From: Gammaproteobacteria bacterium
GTDB taxonomy: Bacteria > Pseudomonadota > Gammaproteobacteria > Eutrophobiales > Eutrophobiaceae
Direction: 5' to 3'
DNA length: 64,000 nt
NCBI GenBank assembly: GCA_965238225.1
Contig: OZ250183.1
Span: 1,184,001 to 1,248,000 of the forward strand
Shown here: piece by piece, positions 31,331-41,033 of the stretch
Numbering within the stretch: the first letter of the stretch is position 1
Layout: each line of letters begins with the position of its first letter
Notes under the pieces: generated by a model
Seen by the model: only the letters and a program-made list of their open reading frames with translations
Databases searched by the model: none
What the model was told of the DNA's origin: nothing
Translations under genes and position numbers: made by a program

Positions 31331-32191
31331 ATGAAAAAGCTCCTCACTCTACTTGCTGTATTCGCCTTAAGCAGTTCTGGCATGGCTCGTGATAATGACA
31401 CTAATAATCAGACAATTTTGCGTGCAGTGCTTGCAGCACAACCCAAAAAAGTACAGGCGCGTTATGTTTACCGTCGCCCGCAACAAACCTTGGAATTTTT
31501 TGGCATCAAACCTAGCATGGTAGTTGGTGAAGCCTTGCCTGGTGGTGGCTGGTACAGCAAGATTTTGCTCGCCTTTCTAGGCGGAGAAGGCAAACTCATC
31601 GGTGCCGATTACGCCATCGATATGTATAAATTGTTTGGCTTTTTTAGCGCAAACCAGATTTCTAAAAAACAGCATTGGGCGCAATCGTGGGCTAAAGAAG
31701 CAATGGCTTGGTACGACGATGATAACGCCAATGTAAGCGCCTTTGTATTTGGCTCACTCCCAGACCAAATGAAAGGTAGCGCCGATGCTTTTTTGTTTAT
31801 TCGCGCTATGCATAACCTCTCGCGCTTTCAATATAAAGACAACTTCCTCGCTACTGCCTTACAAAACGCCTTTGATCTATTAAAGCCTGGCGGCATCGTC
31901 GGCATTGTGCAGCACCAAGCCCGCGAAGACATGCCTAATGATTGGGCCGCAGGACAAAATGGTTATCTTAAAAAATCGTTTGTGATAGCACAGATGGAAG
32001 CGGCTGGATTTGAGTTCATCGCCGCCAGCGATATAAACGAAAACCCTGCCGATAAGCCTACCGCTTACGACTTTGTCTGGCGCCTGCCGCCAAGTTACCG
32101 TACCAGTAGCAAAGACGCAGCACTACGCGCAGTCATGAATGCAATCGGTGAATCTAACCGTATGACGCTCAAATTTCGCAAGCCAGAATAA
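31331..32191 (+). CDS. Predicted class I SAM-dependent methyltransferase with a signal peptide
   Basis: R..YRRP..TL.FFG, E.LPGGGWYS, LKPGG.VG and GES.RMTLKF.KP motifs. Confidence 0.8.
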   Translation: MKKLLTLLAVFALSSSGMARDNDTNNQTILRAVLAAQPKKVQARYVYRRPQQTLEFFGIKPSMVVGEALPGGGWYSKILLAFLGGEGKLIGADYAIDMYKLFGFFSANQISKKQHWAQSWAKEAMAWYDDDNANVSAFVFGSLPDQMKGSADAFLFIRAMHNLSRFQYKDNFLATALQNAFDLLKPGGIVGIVQHQAREDMPNDWAAGQNGYLKKSFVIAQMEAAGFEFIAASDINENPADKPTAYDFVWRLPPSYRTSSKDAALRAVMNAIGESNRMTLKFRKPE

Positions 32192-32227
32192 GCGACCAGT
32201 CATGTAACCATCTTGACCGTAAATATA

Positions 32228-33148
32228 CTAGCCTCTAGGATGATGCGTTGCATGTAGGCTTTTAAGCCGTTCCTTGGCAATATGTGTGTAAATTTGTGTT
32301 GTTGAAATATCGCTATGCCCAAGCAACATCTGCACAACCCTAAGGTCAGCGCCGTGGTTTAATAAGTGTGTCGCAAAGGCATGTCTTAATATATGCGGGG
32401 AAATAGTTTTACTGATACCAGCAACCACAGCATAACGCTTAAACAAATACCAGAAAGCTTGGCGTGACATCGCCTTGCCTCGTTTTGTTAGAAATAACGC
32501 ATCACTAATTTTTGACCCTAATAGCTCGTTCCTCGCGCTATGTTGATAGCGTGCTAACCATTCGCTCGACTCTTCTCCTAGAGGCACAAGCCTTTCTTTA
32601 CTGCCTTTACCCAAAACACGCACAACACCCTGTCGCAGATTAATCTGTCCAGTTTGCAAGTGAATCAATTCAGAAACGCGTAAACCCGAAGCATACAAAA
32701 TTTCCAGCATTGCCTTATCTCTTAGCCCAAGTGCTGTGCCTATATCCGGTGCTTTTAACAAAGTTTCTACTTCAGTTTCTGTTAGTGACTTAGGCAATTG
32801 TCTGCCTATTTTTGGTGCCTCTATCTTGATACTAGGATCATGTTGCATTGCCTTTTCACGCACCAAATAATTATATAGCATTTTAATACTGGAAAGATGT
32901 CGCGCCATAGTTCTTGCTGTTTTTCCCTGCATGCTGGATAAATAAATTCTTAAATCACTTCCCTGTGCTGCTATTATGGCGCAATTATTTTTATCCAACC
33001 AGAGTGCGTATTTTTGTAGATCACTTCTATAGGCTGCCAAAGTATTATTGCTGATGCCCCGCTCCATCCATAACACATCAAGAACACGATCAATCTGATC
33101 CATTGATGTTTTCAGGGATGCGCTTATAAAATTAGAAGATGCCTTCAT
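32228..33148 (-). CDS. xerD: Site-specific tyrosine recombinase XerD (start may be 33103)
   Basis: NTLAAYR.DL, LYASGLRVSEL, GKGSKERLVP, SPH.LRHAFATHLLNHGADLRVVQMLLGH and HHPRG end. Confidence 0.96.
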   Translation of the reverse strand: MKASSNFISASLKTSMDQIDRVLDVLWMERGISNNTLAAYRSDLQKYALWLDKNNCAIIAAQGSDLRIYLSSMQGKTARTMARHLSSIKMLYNYLVREKAMQHDPSIKIEAPKIGRQLPKSLTETEVETLLKAPDIGTALGLRDKAMLEILYASGLRVSELIHLQTGQINLRQGVVRVLGKGSKERLVPLGEESSEWLARYQHSARNELLGSKISDALFLTKRGKAMSRQAFWYLFKRYAVVAGISKTISPHILRHAFATHLLNHGADLRVVQMLLGHSDISTTQIYTHIAKERLKSLHATHHPRG

Positions 33149-33626
33149 GCTGTAGTAACCAACGTTTTCGTTCTACATACCGATAGCCACCCATAAAACC
33201 ACCGATGCCTTTGGCAGCAACAACTCTATGACACGGAATAAAAAGTGGAATATGATTTCTGCGACAAGCTTGACCCACTGCACGACTACTGGTGTGCAAT
33301 TCTCTTGCAACTTCGCCATAGGTTTTGACAGTCCCTGATGGAATTTTTTTTAATGCTTGCGAGACTTTCTTCTGAAAACGTGTCCCCTGTGGACGTAAAG
33401 AAATTTCAGATGTAATCAATCCTGATTCAAAATAATCATCCAACACTAGGCCAATCTTTTTCTTGAAATGATTATTGCTCAGATTTGATGGGGATAACGC
33501 TGTCGTTTCTAGTGCAGGCTCATCTAACCAAATAATTTTAGTAATACTTTCTGCATCAACGCACACACCCAAACAACCTGCGGGGGACTGATATAAAAAA
33601 TCGTATTCTGCTGCGAACTGCTTCAT
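33132..33626 (-). CDS. ogt: Methylated-DNA-protein-cysteine S-methyltransferase
   Basis: GT.FQ, IP.G...TYG, RAVGQAC and IPCHRVV motifs. Confidence 0.92.
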   Translation of the reverse strand: MKQFAAEYDFLYQSPAGCLGVCVDAESITKIIWLDEPALETTALSPSNLSNNHFKKKIGLVLDDYFESGLITSEISLRPQGTRFQKKVSQALKKIPSGTVKTYGEVARELHTSSRAVGQACRRNHIPLFIPCHRVVAAKGIGGFMGGYRYVERKRWLLQHEGIF

Positions 33627-34059
33627 ATTGAACGAATCATAGCTCACTACGCATTTTAATGGGTGAGAATTGCCAATATGTGTCTCTAAATACACATCTG
33701 TAGACGTATTCTCAAGGTTTTGAAGACATATAGCTTATGAGAATATGCCCTTGGGCTTATATTGAAAGAAGCTGCCAAGAAATATAACAACAAAATATAC
33801 AGAAAATATACAACGCTAAATAAAAATGCGTCTTGAGCAAATCAATGACAAAAGCGCAAGTGAGAACCGAGGTATCGGTACTCTTTAGTAGAAATTGGAA
33901 TGTTTTTTCTAAAGTAAGCAACCATCCCTTCGTCTCGAAATTATACCTATGCCAATTGTGCCTGTATTAAGGTGATAGAAAATAGCGAGTGATTCGTAGT
34001 TCAGACAACAATAAAAACCTGCAAGTAAGTCCTTTAAAAAACTAATTTATAGATAAATA

Positions 34060-34413
34060 TTAACTAGATTTAATTTTCTCTTTAATTCTAGCTGCTTTGC
34101 CTGTGAGCGCACGTAAGTAATATAATTTCGCACGCCGTACGGCACCACGACGCTTTACTTCAACGCCTGCAATGGCTTGGCTATGTGTTTGAAAAACACG
34201 CTCTACACCTTCTCCATGAGATATTTTGCGAACGGTAAATGCTGAATTCAAACCGCGATTTTTTTTTGCTATTACAACGCCTTCAAACGACTGTAGGCGC
34301 TCTCTTTCGCCTTCTTTGACCTTTACTTGAACAACTACAGTATCTCCTGGTGCAAAATCTGGCAGTTCCCGTGTCATTTGTTCTGCATCAAGCTCTTCTA
34401 TAATCTTACTCAT
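34060..34413 (-). CDS. rplS: 50S ribosomal protein L19
   Basis: PGDTV.V, FTVRKIS.GEGVER and [10 protein letters not shown] motifs. Confidence 0.98.
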   Translation of the reverse strand: MSKIIEELDAEQMTRELPDFAPGDTVVVQVKVKEGERERLQSFEGVVIAKKNRGLNSAFTVRKISHGEGVERVFQTHSQAIAGVEVKRRGAVRRAKLYYLRALTGKAARIKEKIKSS

Positions 34414-34439
34414 CTTATCAACTCTGCTTAAATGATTTT

Positions 34440-35201
34440 TTATTTCAAATATTCTTTCTTGAATAATTCCAACAAAACCTGTTGTTCATCATCCAACTGT
34501 AAACTGTCCAATAGATCTGGCCTTCTTAACCATGTTCGTCCTAAAGCCTGTTGTAGACGCCAACGTCTTATATCTTCATGGTTTCCACCAAGTAACACAT
34601 ATGGCACCTGCTGCCTACTATTTTCTGAACCAATTTTTTCTGGTCTAGTGTAATGGGGATGATCGAGCAAGCCATTAAAAAACGAATCTTCACTTGCTGA
34701 ATCTTCATGACCTAACGCACCCGGCAATGTCCTAGTCAGTGCGTCAATCAATACCATCGCAGGCAATTCCCCGCCACTTAAGACATAATCACCTATAGAC
34801 CATTCTTCATCAACTTCCTTGTCAATAACACGTTCATCTATTCCTTCATAACGCCCAGCGATTAAAATCAGATACTGTCGTTGCGCTAATACCATGACAC
34901 TTTTCTGATCCAGCCTTTTGCCTTGTGGACTCAGATAAATCACATAAGGAGGATTTCTAAAAGAAAATTCACCGCGTGCATCTGCAATCGCTGCGCTTAA
35001 TGGCTCTGCCATCATCACCATGCCCGGACCGCCCCCATAGGATCTATCATCCACCGTCCTGTGCTTATCACTTATGTAATCCCTAGGATTCCACGTGTTG
35101 ACCTTAAGCAGACCGTGTTTGGCTGCACGACTGGTAATTCCATATTCGGTGACAATATTCACCATCTCTGGAAATAAAGTAATGACTTCAATCTGCAACA
35201 T
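34440..35201 (-). CDS. trmD: tRNA (guanine37-N1)-methyltransferase
   Basis: [16 protein letters not shown] and [11 protein letters not shown] motifs. Confidence 0.98.
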   Translation of the reverse strand: MLQIEVITLFPEMVNIVTEYGITSRAAKHGLLKVNTWNPRDYISDKHRTVDDRSYGGGPGMVMMAEPLSAAIADARGEFSFRNPPYVIYLSPQGKRLDQKSVMVLAQRQYLILIAGRYEGIDERVIDKEVDEEWSIGDYVLSGGELPAMVLIDALTRTLPGALGHEDSASEDSFFNGLLDHPHYTRPEKIGSENSRQQVPYVLLGGNHEDIRRWRLQQALGRTWLRRPDLLDSLQLDDEQQVLLELFKKEYLK

Positions 35202-35224
35202 TCAAGCAAGCCTACATCAAATTG

Positions 35225-35779
35225 CTAGTAATAAGATTGCCAATCAACCTGTATAATGCCTTGTTCGATATCAACATCTTTAATATAGATATCTTGTACG
35301 TAGGGTATCAGACATCGCTCTTTATTAATCCCGACAACCAACACATCATTTGCGCCAGTCTCAAGAATCTCTTTAACTACACCAAGCACTTTACGCTGTT
35401 GATTAATGACCTGCATATCAATCAGATCATGCCAATAAAACTCACCTTCTTTAGGTGTGGGTAACTGACTTTTGTTAATGGCTATCTCTGAATTAACAAA
35501 GCTTGCCGCTCCATCTCTGTCATTAACACCCTTAAGAAAGGCGAATAAACTTTTCCCTTGTCCCTTGCCTTCCAGCAATTGCATCTGCCGCCACTCATTT
35601 TCCATGGGGGCAGAAATATTTTGTTTCGCTAAGCCATGTTTCACTAACCAGGAATTGTATGTAAGTATGTTTTCCTTGGGTCGAGTGAATGATACTATCT
35701 TAAACCAGCCCTTAATACCGTGAATACCAACAATCTTTCCGATAACTATGGGGTCAGTCTCATCCTGCATATTAACCAT
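35225..35779 (-). CDS. rimM: Ribosome maturation factor RimM
   Basis: GIKGW, EFYWHDL and ETGANDVL motifs; rpsP operon order. Confidence 0.96.
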   Translation of the reverse strand: MVNMQDETDPIVIGKIVGIHGIKGWFKIVSFTRPKENILTYNSWLVKHGLAKQNISAPMENEWRQMQLLEGKGQGKSLFAFLKGVNDRDGAASFVNSEIAINKSQLPTPKEGEFYWHDLIDMQVINQQRKVLGVVKEILETGANDVLVVGINKERCLIPYVQDIYIKDVDIEQGIIQVDWQSYY

Positions 35780-35852
35780 CCATGCAGTCTTTCTTAATGA
35801 CCGCGAAACCTAATTATGCGAACTTCATTATAGATATAAAGAGCTTGAAAAT

Positions 35853-36098
35853 TCAGGCATTTGCATTAAGTTTAATAAGTTTGGCAACCCGATCTGAAAT
35901 CTGTGCGCCCTTGCTCCGCCAATGCTCTACGCGGCTACCATCCATCCTCAGCGTCTCTTCATTGCTAAGTGCGCATGGATTATAAAAACCAACGCGTTCA
36001 ATATAACGACCATCGCGTTTCATACGACTATCTGTAACTACAATGCGATAAAAAGGCTTTTTCTTTGCCCCAGTACGCGATAATCTAATGGTTACCAT
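35853..36098 (-). CDS. rpsP: 30S ribosomal protein S16
   Basis: [15 protein letters not shown] and RDGRYIE motifs. Confidence 0.98.
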   Translation of the reverse strand: MVTIRLSRTGAKKKPFYRIVVTDSRMKRDGRYIERVGFYNPCALSNEETLRMDGSRVEHWRSKGAQISDRVAKLIKLNANA

Positions 36099-36237
36099 TC
36101 ATGAACCTCTTTTTTTAAATTTGCCTGTTACGAATGCTCGCTTTAAGGAGAATAATCCTGCCTTAAAAAAATGGCGGTATTGTACGACATATTAATGAAA
36201 AATAAAGCATTTCCGCCTATTAGAAGTAAACAATCTC

Positions 36238-36814
36238 ATGCAACAAAATAAGAAAGTTAATGAACAAAAAGCCAAAGCCCAAAAAATACTCAAAACAGTA
36301 CGAGCAAATACATCTGAAACCTCTCGTCTAAACTATAGCAAATCCATTACGGAATGCGTACTTAAACTTGATAAAATCAAAAATGCCAAGAGTATTTTCA
36401 TTTATATTTCCTATGCCACTAAAGTTAACACATATGAACTTATCAAGGTCTTGTTAAATACTGGTAAAACTCTGTCTGTCCCAAAAATTATAAACTCTGA
36501 TTTTACGCAGGCAGAATCCTTTTCAAGCTGGGAAGATTTAACTCCTGAAGCAATGGGAATTCTGATTCCTAAAAACTCAAAAACCTTGCCGTAGACCTTT
36601 CGACATTGCCCTCACACCTAGACTTGGATTCACCTTATCCGGTCATCGCATTGGTTTTAGTCGTGGTTATTACGATAAATGGCTTGCTCAAAACAAAGTG
36701 GGTCAGAAAATTGCGCTTGCCTATGCAGCATAGTTGCTTGACGACATTCCTGTTGAAGACACCGATATCCCCATAGAAAAGATTATTACTAAAAAACGAA
36801 CAATAATTATCTAA
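36238..36814 (+). pseudogene. ygfA: 5-formyltetrahydrofolate cyclo-ligase, inactivated
   Basis: N-terminal half ends at 36594; after a frameshift it reads FDIALTP.LGF...GHRIGFSRGYYDKWL, has an in-frame TAG at 36731, then IPVEDTDIP..KIIT. Confidence 0.85.
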
Positions 36815-36899
36815 GGTATCCTGAAGTCCAGCCCTGAAACTTTACATACAGACAATACCAACTAAAGATATTCTCACTCGAGAACTGCATGATATAAAA

Positions 36900-38999
36900 C
36901 TAGGTTTCCTGAGTTTCTGCTTCGTTAACTGCCTTCATGCTCAGGCGCACTCGACCTTGTCTATCGATTTCAAGTACCTTGACCTTAACAAGATCACCTT
37001 CACTTAATTTATCACTAATATTCTCAACGCGTTCTTCGCATATTTGCGAAATATGCACTAAGCCATCTTTGCCTGGCAAAATATTTACAAAAACACCGAA
37101 ATCCATCAGCTTGGCAACCTTACCTTCATAGATTCTACCGACTTCAATATCTGCAGTGATTTGCTCTATTCTTAGTAATGCAGCCTCGCCAGCAGCCTTA
37201 TCAACAGCAGCAATCTTTACCGTACCATCATCATCGATATTAATCGTCGCACCTGTTTCCTCCGTAATTGCCCGGATTGTTGCGCCACCTTTACCTATTA
37301 CATCACGTATCTTGTCAGGATGAATCCTAATGACCGTAATTCTAGGTGCAAATTCGGACATTTCATCACGAGGACTGGCAATGGTCGCATTCATCTGCTC
37401 AAGAATATGAATACGGCCTTCTTTTGCCTGTGCTAAAGCTGCCTCCATGATTTCTCTTGTTATCCCATCGATCTTGATGTCCATTTGTAAGGCAGTAATG
37501 CCATTATCGGTTCCTGCTACCTTAAAATCCATATCGCCCAGATGATCTTCGTCGCCAAGAATATCCGAAAGCACAACAAATTCTTCACCTTCTTTAATGA
37601 GGCCCATAGCAATACCAGCAACAGGGGCTTCAATCGCAACACCAGCATCCATTAAGGCAAGACTCGTGCCACAAACACTGGCCATGGAGCTGGAACCATT
37701 TGATTCGGTAATTTCTGAAACTACACGAATGGCATAAGGATATTCGGACATATTCGGCATAACACCTAGGATGCCGCGTTTTGCTAAACGACCATGACCA
37801 ATTTCACGACGTTTTGGTGTGCCAACACGCCCGGTTTCCCCGACACAATAGGGAGGAAAATTATAATGCAACATGAATGGCTCTTTATAGAAACCTTCAA
37901 TTGCGTCAATAATTTGTGAGTCTCGCTCTGTACCCAGAGTAGCGACAACAATCGCTTGTGTTTCACCGCGTGTAAATAATGCCGAGCCATGCGCTCTTGG
38001 TAAAATGCCTACTTCAGTAGTAATTTTTCTAATGGTGTTTGTGTCACGACCATCAATACGACTTTCACCTGCTAAAATACTGCTACGAACAATATGACTT
38101 TCTAGGCGATTTATTTCATTATTTATTTCTGATGCCGACCAGATTGAATCTTCTCCTTTGCTCATCGCTTCTACGACTTCATTGTGAATCTCACTAATAC
38201 GATCTTTACGATTAAGTTTATCTGTTATGGCATAGGCCTCACGTAACAGGTCTGTAGAATGACTGGCTACCTCATCAGCCAAGTCTTGATCCTTGGCTTC
38301 AGGTTGCCAATTCCAAGCAGTTACACCAACTTTTTCTGCTAGCGCTTTAATATTATCTATAACGACCTGAAATTGCTGGTGACCAAACATCACTGCACCC
38401 AGCATTACTTCTTCAGACAATTGCCTGGCTTCAGACTCGACCATTAACACTGAGCTACCGGTTCCGGCAACGACTAAATTTAGCGCTGAATCAACCAGAT
38501 TATCCATTGACGGGTTCAGCGTGTAATTACCATCGATATATCCCACTCGTGCAGCACCAACAGGGCCATTAAATGGTGCGCCAGTCAAAGCGACTGCAGC
38601 TGAGGCACCAATTAATGCCGGAATATCAGCATCAATTTGTGGATCTAGCGACATCACTGTGGCTACTATCTGCACTTCATTTCTAAAATTTTTTGGAAAT
38701 AAAGGCCTAAGCGGGCGATCAATCAAGCGGCATGTCAAAATTTCCTTTTCACTTGGACGACCTTCTCTTTTAAAAAAGCCACCTGGTATCTTGCCTGCAG
38801 CATAAGTACGTTCTTGATAATCTACGGTAAGTGGGAAAAAATCATACCTTGGATCAGCTTCTTTCTTGGCGACACAATTCACCATAACAACGGTATCTCT
38901 CATACTGACAATAACTGAATTGGCTTGTCTCGCTATCTTACCTGTTTCCAATACAACTTTTTGCTCACCGAACTGGAATTCTTTTTTAATTGCTTTCAT
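36900..38999 (-). CDS. pnp: Polyribonucleotide nucleotidyltransferase
   Basis: [25 protein letters not shown] and GDMDFKVAG motifs; KH and S1 domains. Confidence 0.98.
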   Translation of the reverse strand: MKAIKKEFQFGEQKVVLETGKIARQANSVIVSMRDTVVMVNCVAKKEADPRYDFFPLTVDYQERTYAAGKIPGGFFKREGRPSEKEILTCRLIDRPLRPLFPKNFRNEVQIVATVMSLDPQIDADIPALIGASAAVALTGAPFNGPVGAARVGYIDGNYTLNPSMDNLVDSALNLVVAGTGSSVLMVESEARQLSEEVMLGAVMFGHQQFQVVIDNIKALAEKVGVTAWNWQPEAKDQDLADEVASHSTDLLREAYAITDKLNRKDRISEIHNEVVEAMSKGEDSIWSASEINNEINRLESHIVRSSILAGESRIDGRDTNTIRKITTEVGILPRAHGSALFTRGETQAIVVATLGTERDSQIIDAIEGFYKEPFMLHYNFPPYCVGETGRVGTPKRREIGHGRLAKRGILGVMPNMSEYPYAIRVVSEITESNGSSSMASVCGTSLALMDAGVAIEAPVAGIAMGLIKEGEEFVVLSDILGDEDHLGDMDFKVAGTDNGITALQMDIKIDGITREIMEAALAQAKEGRIHILEQMNATIASPRDEMSEFAPRITVIRIHPDKIRDVIGKGGATIRAITEETGATINIDDDGTVKIAAVDKAAGEAALLRIEQITADIEVGRIYEGKVAKLMDFGVFVNILPGKDGLVHISQICEERVENISDKLSEGDLVKVKVLEIDRQGRVRLSMKAVNEAETQET

Positions 39000-39174
39000 G
39001 TTTTTACCTTAAAAAATATTTGATAATTAATTTGCATGGATTGTCTACTGAGACTGATTATAAAAAATTCAGTTTTTTATGAAATGCTGGTATTTCTAGC
39101 TTGTAGATATAGAAATCGTTTAACGTAGACAATGCTTTTTCGTTGTTGTTCACGCAAAAATAAATTATACAATC

Positions 39175-39444
39175 TTACTTACGCAAACCTTGGCTGGCAA
39201 TTAAATCACGATAGCGGCTCACATTTTTACTTTTCAAATAATCTAGAAGCTTGCGGCGTTGATTCACCATTTTTAATAATCCGCGACGCGAATGATGATC
39301 TTTGTTATGTGTCTTGAAATGATGGGACAATTCTGCAATGTTTGCCGTTAATAATGCAACTTGCACCTCTGGCGAACCTGTATCATTGTCTGTACGCTGA
39401 TATTCCTTGACTATGTCAGCTTTATGTTGAGTACTTAATGCCAT
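39175..39444 (-). CDS. rpsO: 30S ribosomal protein S15
   Basis: [13 protein letters not shown] and [10 protein letters not shown] motifs. Confidence 0.98.
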   Translation of the reverse strand: MALSTQHKADIVKEYQRTDNDTGSPEVQVALLTANIAELSHHFKTHNKDHHSRRGLLKMVNQRRKLLDYLKSKNVSRYRDLIASQGLRK

Positions 39445-39490
39445 GTGCCATTGAGCTCCTGAAGTAATCTCGGTCTAAATTAAGGCGCAT

Positions 39491-39519
39491 ATTGTAACCG
39501 CGTGTTCTTGCATGAACAA
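39491..39519 (-). promoter_or_regulatory. Probable sigma70 promoter of rpsO
   Basis: TTGTTC-17 bp-TACAAT followed by a GC-rich discriminator. Confidence 0.5.
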
Positions 39520-39627
39520 GCGCAAATACGAGATACCGGGATTGTTTTTTTAAGCACAGATCATGAGACGTACCTTTAGCCTATGAAGATTAATATATCT
39601 ATATTAATTAATAAGTTAATTTTACTT

Positions 39628-40563
39628 TTAGCTTTGATTGCTGGTTTTAAATAAACGCTTCGGCGCAACACGTCCGTCATCAAGAATTACACCAGTCCCA
39701 ATAAACGCACGATTGTGGTCATAAATTCTAAGCAAGCCTTCTGCAGGTGCCTCAGGCACCGACACGGCCTGACCTAGACGAAGGCAATATACCGCTTCTT
39801 CTATTAAGTTGAGCTCAGCTAAATGCTCCAAAGCACTATCCGCTGACAGAAGTAGTTTATCCAAAGCTGCATCACCCTTTTCTGACAGGCGCTTGATAGT
39901 TTCCATGCTAACCGTTTGCGTTTCATTGAATGGCCCTATCGATAAGCGTCGAAGTGTATTGACATGAGCGCCACAGCCTAGCAGCTTGCCAATATCTTCA
40001 ATCAGTGTCCGTATATAAGTACCCTTTGAACAACGCACCCGTATCTTGAATGAATCCTCATCGAAATGTAATAAATCAATACAGTGTATTGTTACATGCC
40101 TTTGTTTTCGCTCAACATTTAGTCCTTGATAAGCTAGTTTGTAAAGTCTTTGCCCGTTAATTTTCAACGCGGAATACATTGGCGGAACTTGCTCAATGTC
40201 TCCAATAAACTGCGCTATAACCTTCTCTAATCGCCGTTTGTTGAATTTAGGAATCTGTCTAATTTCTAATATTTTGCCTTCGGAATCTTTGGTATCAGTA
40301 ACGATGCCTAATTTTGCAACTGCAATATAACTTTTATCCGAGTCAAGAAGGTATGGCGAAATCTTTGTAGCCTCACCAAAACACAGGGGTAAAATACCTG
40401 TTGCAGGCCTGTCCAGACTGCCTGTGTGCCCTGCTCTATAAGCTCTATACAGTCGCCTGATGTTTTGCAAGACATTATTCGATGTAATGCCAGCAGGCTT
40501 GTCTAGAAGTAAAATGCCATCTATATCTCGTTCATAAGATTTTCTTTTTCGTCTTCGCCCCAT
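39628..40563 (-). CDS. truB: tRNA pseudouridine(55) synthase
   Basis: GHTGSLD..ATG, Q.PPMYSALK and CSKGTYIRTL motifs. Confidence 0.97.
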   Translation of the reverse strand: MGRRRKRKSYERDIDGILLLDKPAGITSNNVLQNIRRLYRAYRAGHTGSLDRPATGILPLCFGEATKISPYLLDSDKSYIAVAKLGIVTDTKDSEGKILEIRQIPKFNKRRLEKVIAQFIGDIEQVPPMYSALKINGQRLYKLAYQGLNVERKQRHVTIHCIDLLHFDEDSFKIRVRCSKGTYIRTLIEDIGKLLGCGAHVNTLRRLSIGPFNETQTVSMETIKRLSEKGDAALDKLLLSADSALEHLAELNLIEEAVYCLRLGQAVSVPEAPAEGLLRIYDHNRAFIGTGVILDDGRVAPKRLFKTSNQS

Positions 40564-40590
40564 ACGACAATAACACTTGCCTATTATTTT

Positions 40591-41004
40591 TCAGTTTCTT
40601 CTTACGTGCGGAGAATCTAATAGGCTAGTCAACCTATTTGCTTGCTCTAAGCTCTCATCAAACACAAACCGAAGTTTTGGAACAGTGCGTGTGGTAAGTA
40701 TTTTGGATAATTGATGGCGAAATTGGGCGGCGTTATCATTTAGTATAATCAGAACTTTTTCCTTGCTAGGTGTATTATCACCATTGCTCTCTAGACGGTT
40801 ATTTCCTGAACCGTCGTTTTTTATGTGACTCATCTCCAAACGAGTCACAAAAATCTTTGCATAAGCTAAATCTGCACTTAAATCAACAGCCGAGATTGTC
40901 ACCAAACCTAAACCCGCGTCCCTAAGCTGCATTTGAATAATTGTGGCCAATTCCTTTTGAATATGGTCTCCAACTTGCTGGCTACGCCTATACTCTTTGG
41001 CCAT
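40591..41004 (-). CDS. rbfA: Ribosome-binding factor A
   Basis: DL.YAKIFVT and P.LRF..D.S motifs; lies between infB and truB. Confidence 0.93.
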   Translation of the reverse strand: MAKEYRRSQQVGDHIQKELATIIQMQLRDAGLGLVTISAVDLSADLAYAKIFVTRLEMSHIKNDGSGNNRLESNGDNTPSKEKVLIILNDNAAQFRHQLSKILTTRTVPKLRFVFDESLEQANRLTSLLDSPHVRRN

Positions 41005-41033
41005 ATCTACTCAAACCATTTCGCTAATTGATG

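Noticed and set aside
32228-33148. Tyrosine recombinase as a phage or island integrase
   Set aside because: The motifs and the neighbourhood (near rplS and dsbC) identify housekeeping XerD; no att repeats were seen.
33696-34059. Intergenic stretch between ogt and rplS as a possible ncRNA or gene remnant
   Set aside because: Only weak inverted repeats and no recognisable family or reading frame; insufficient support.
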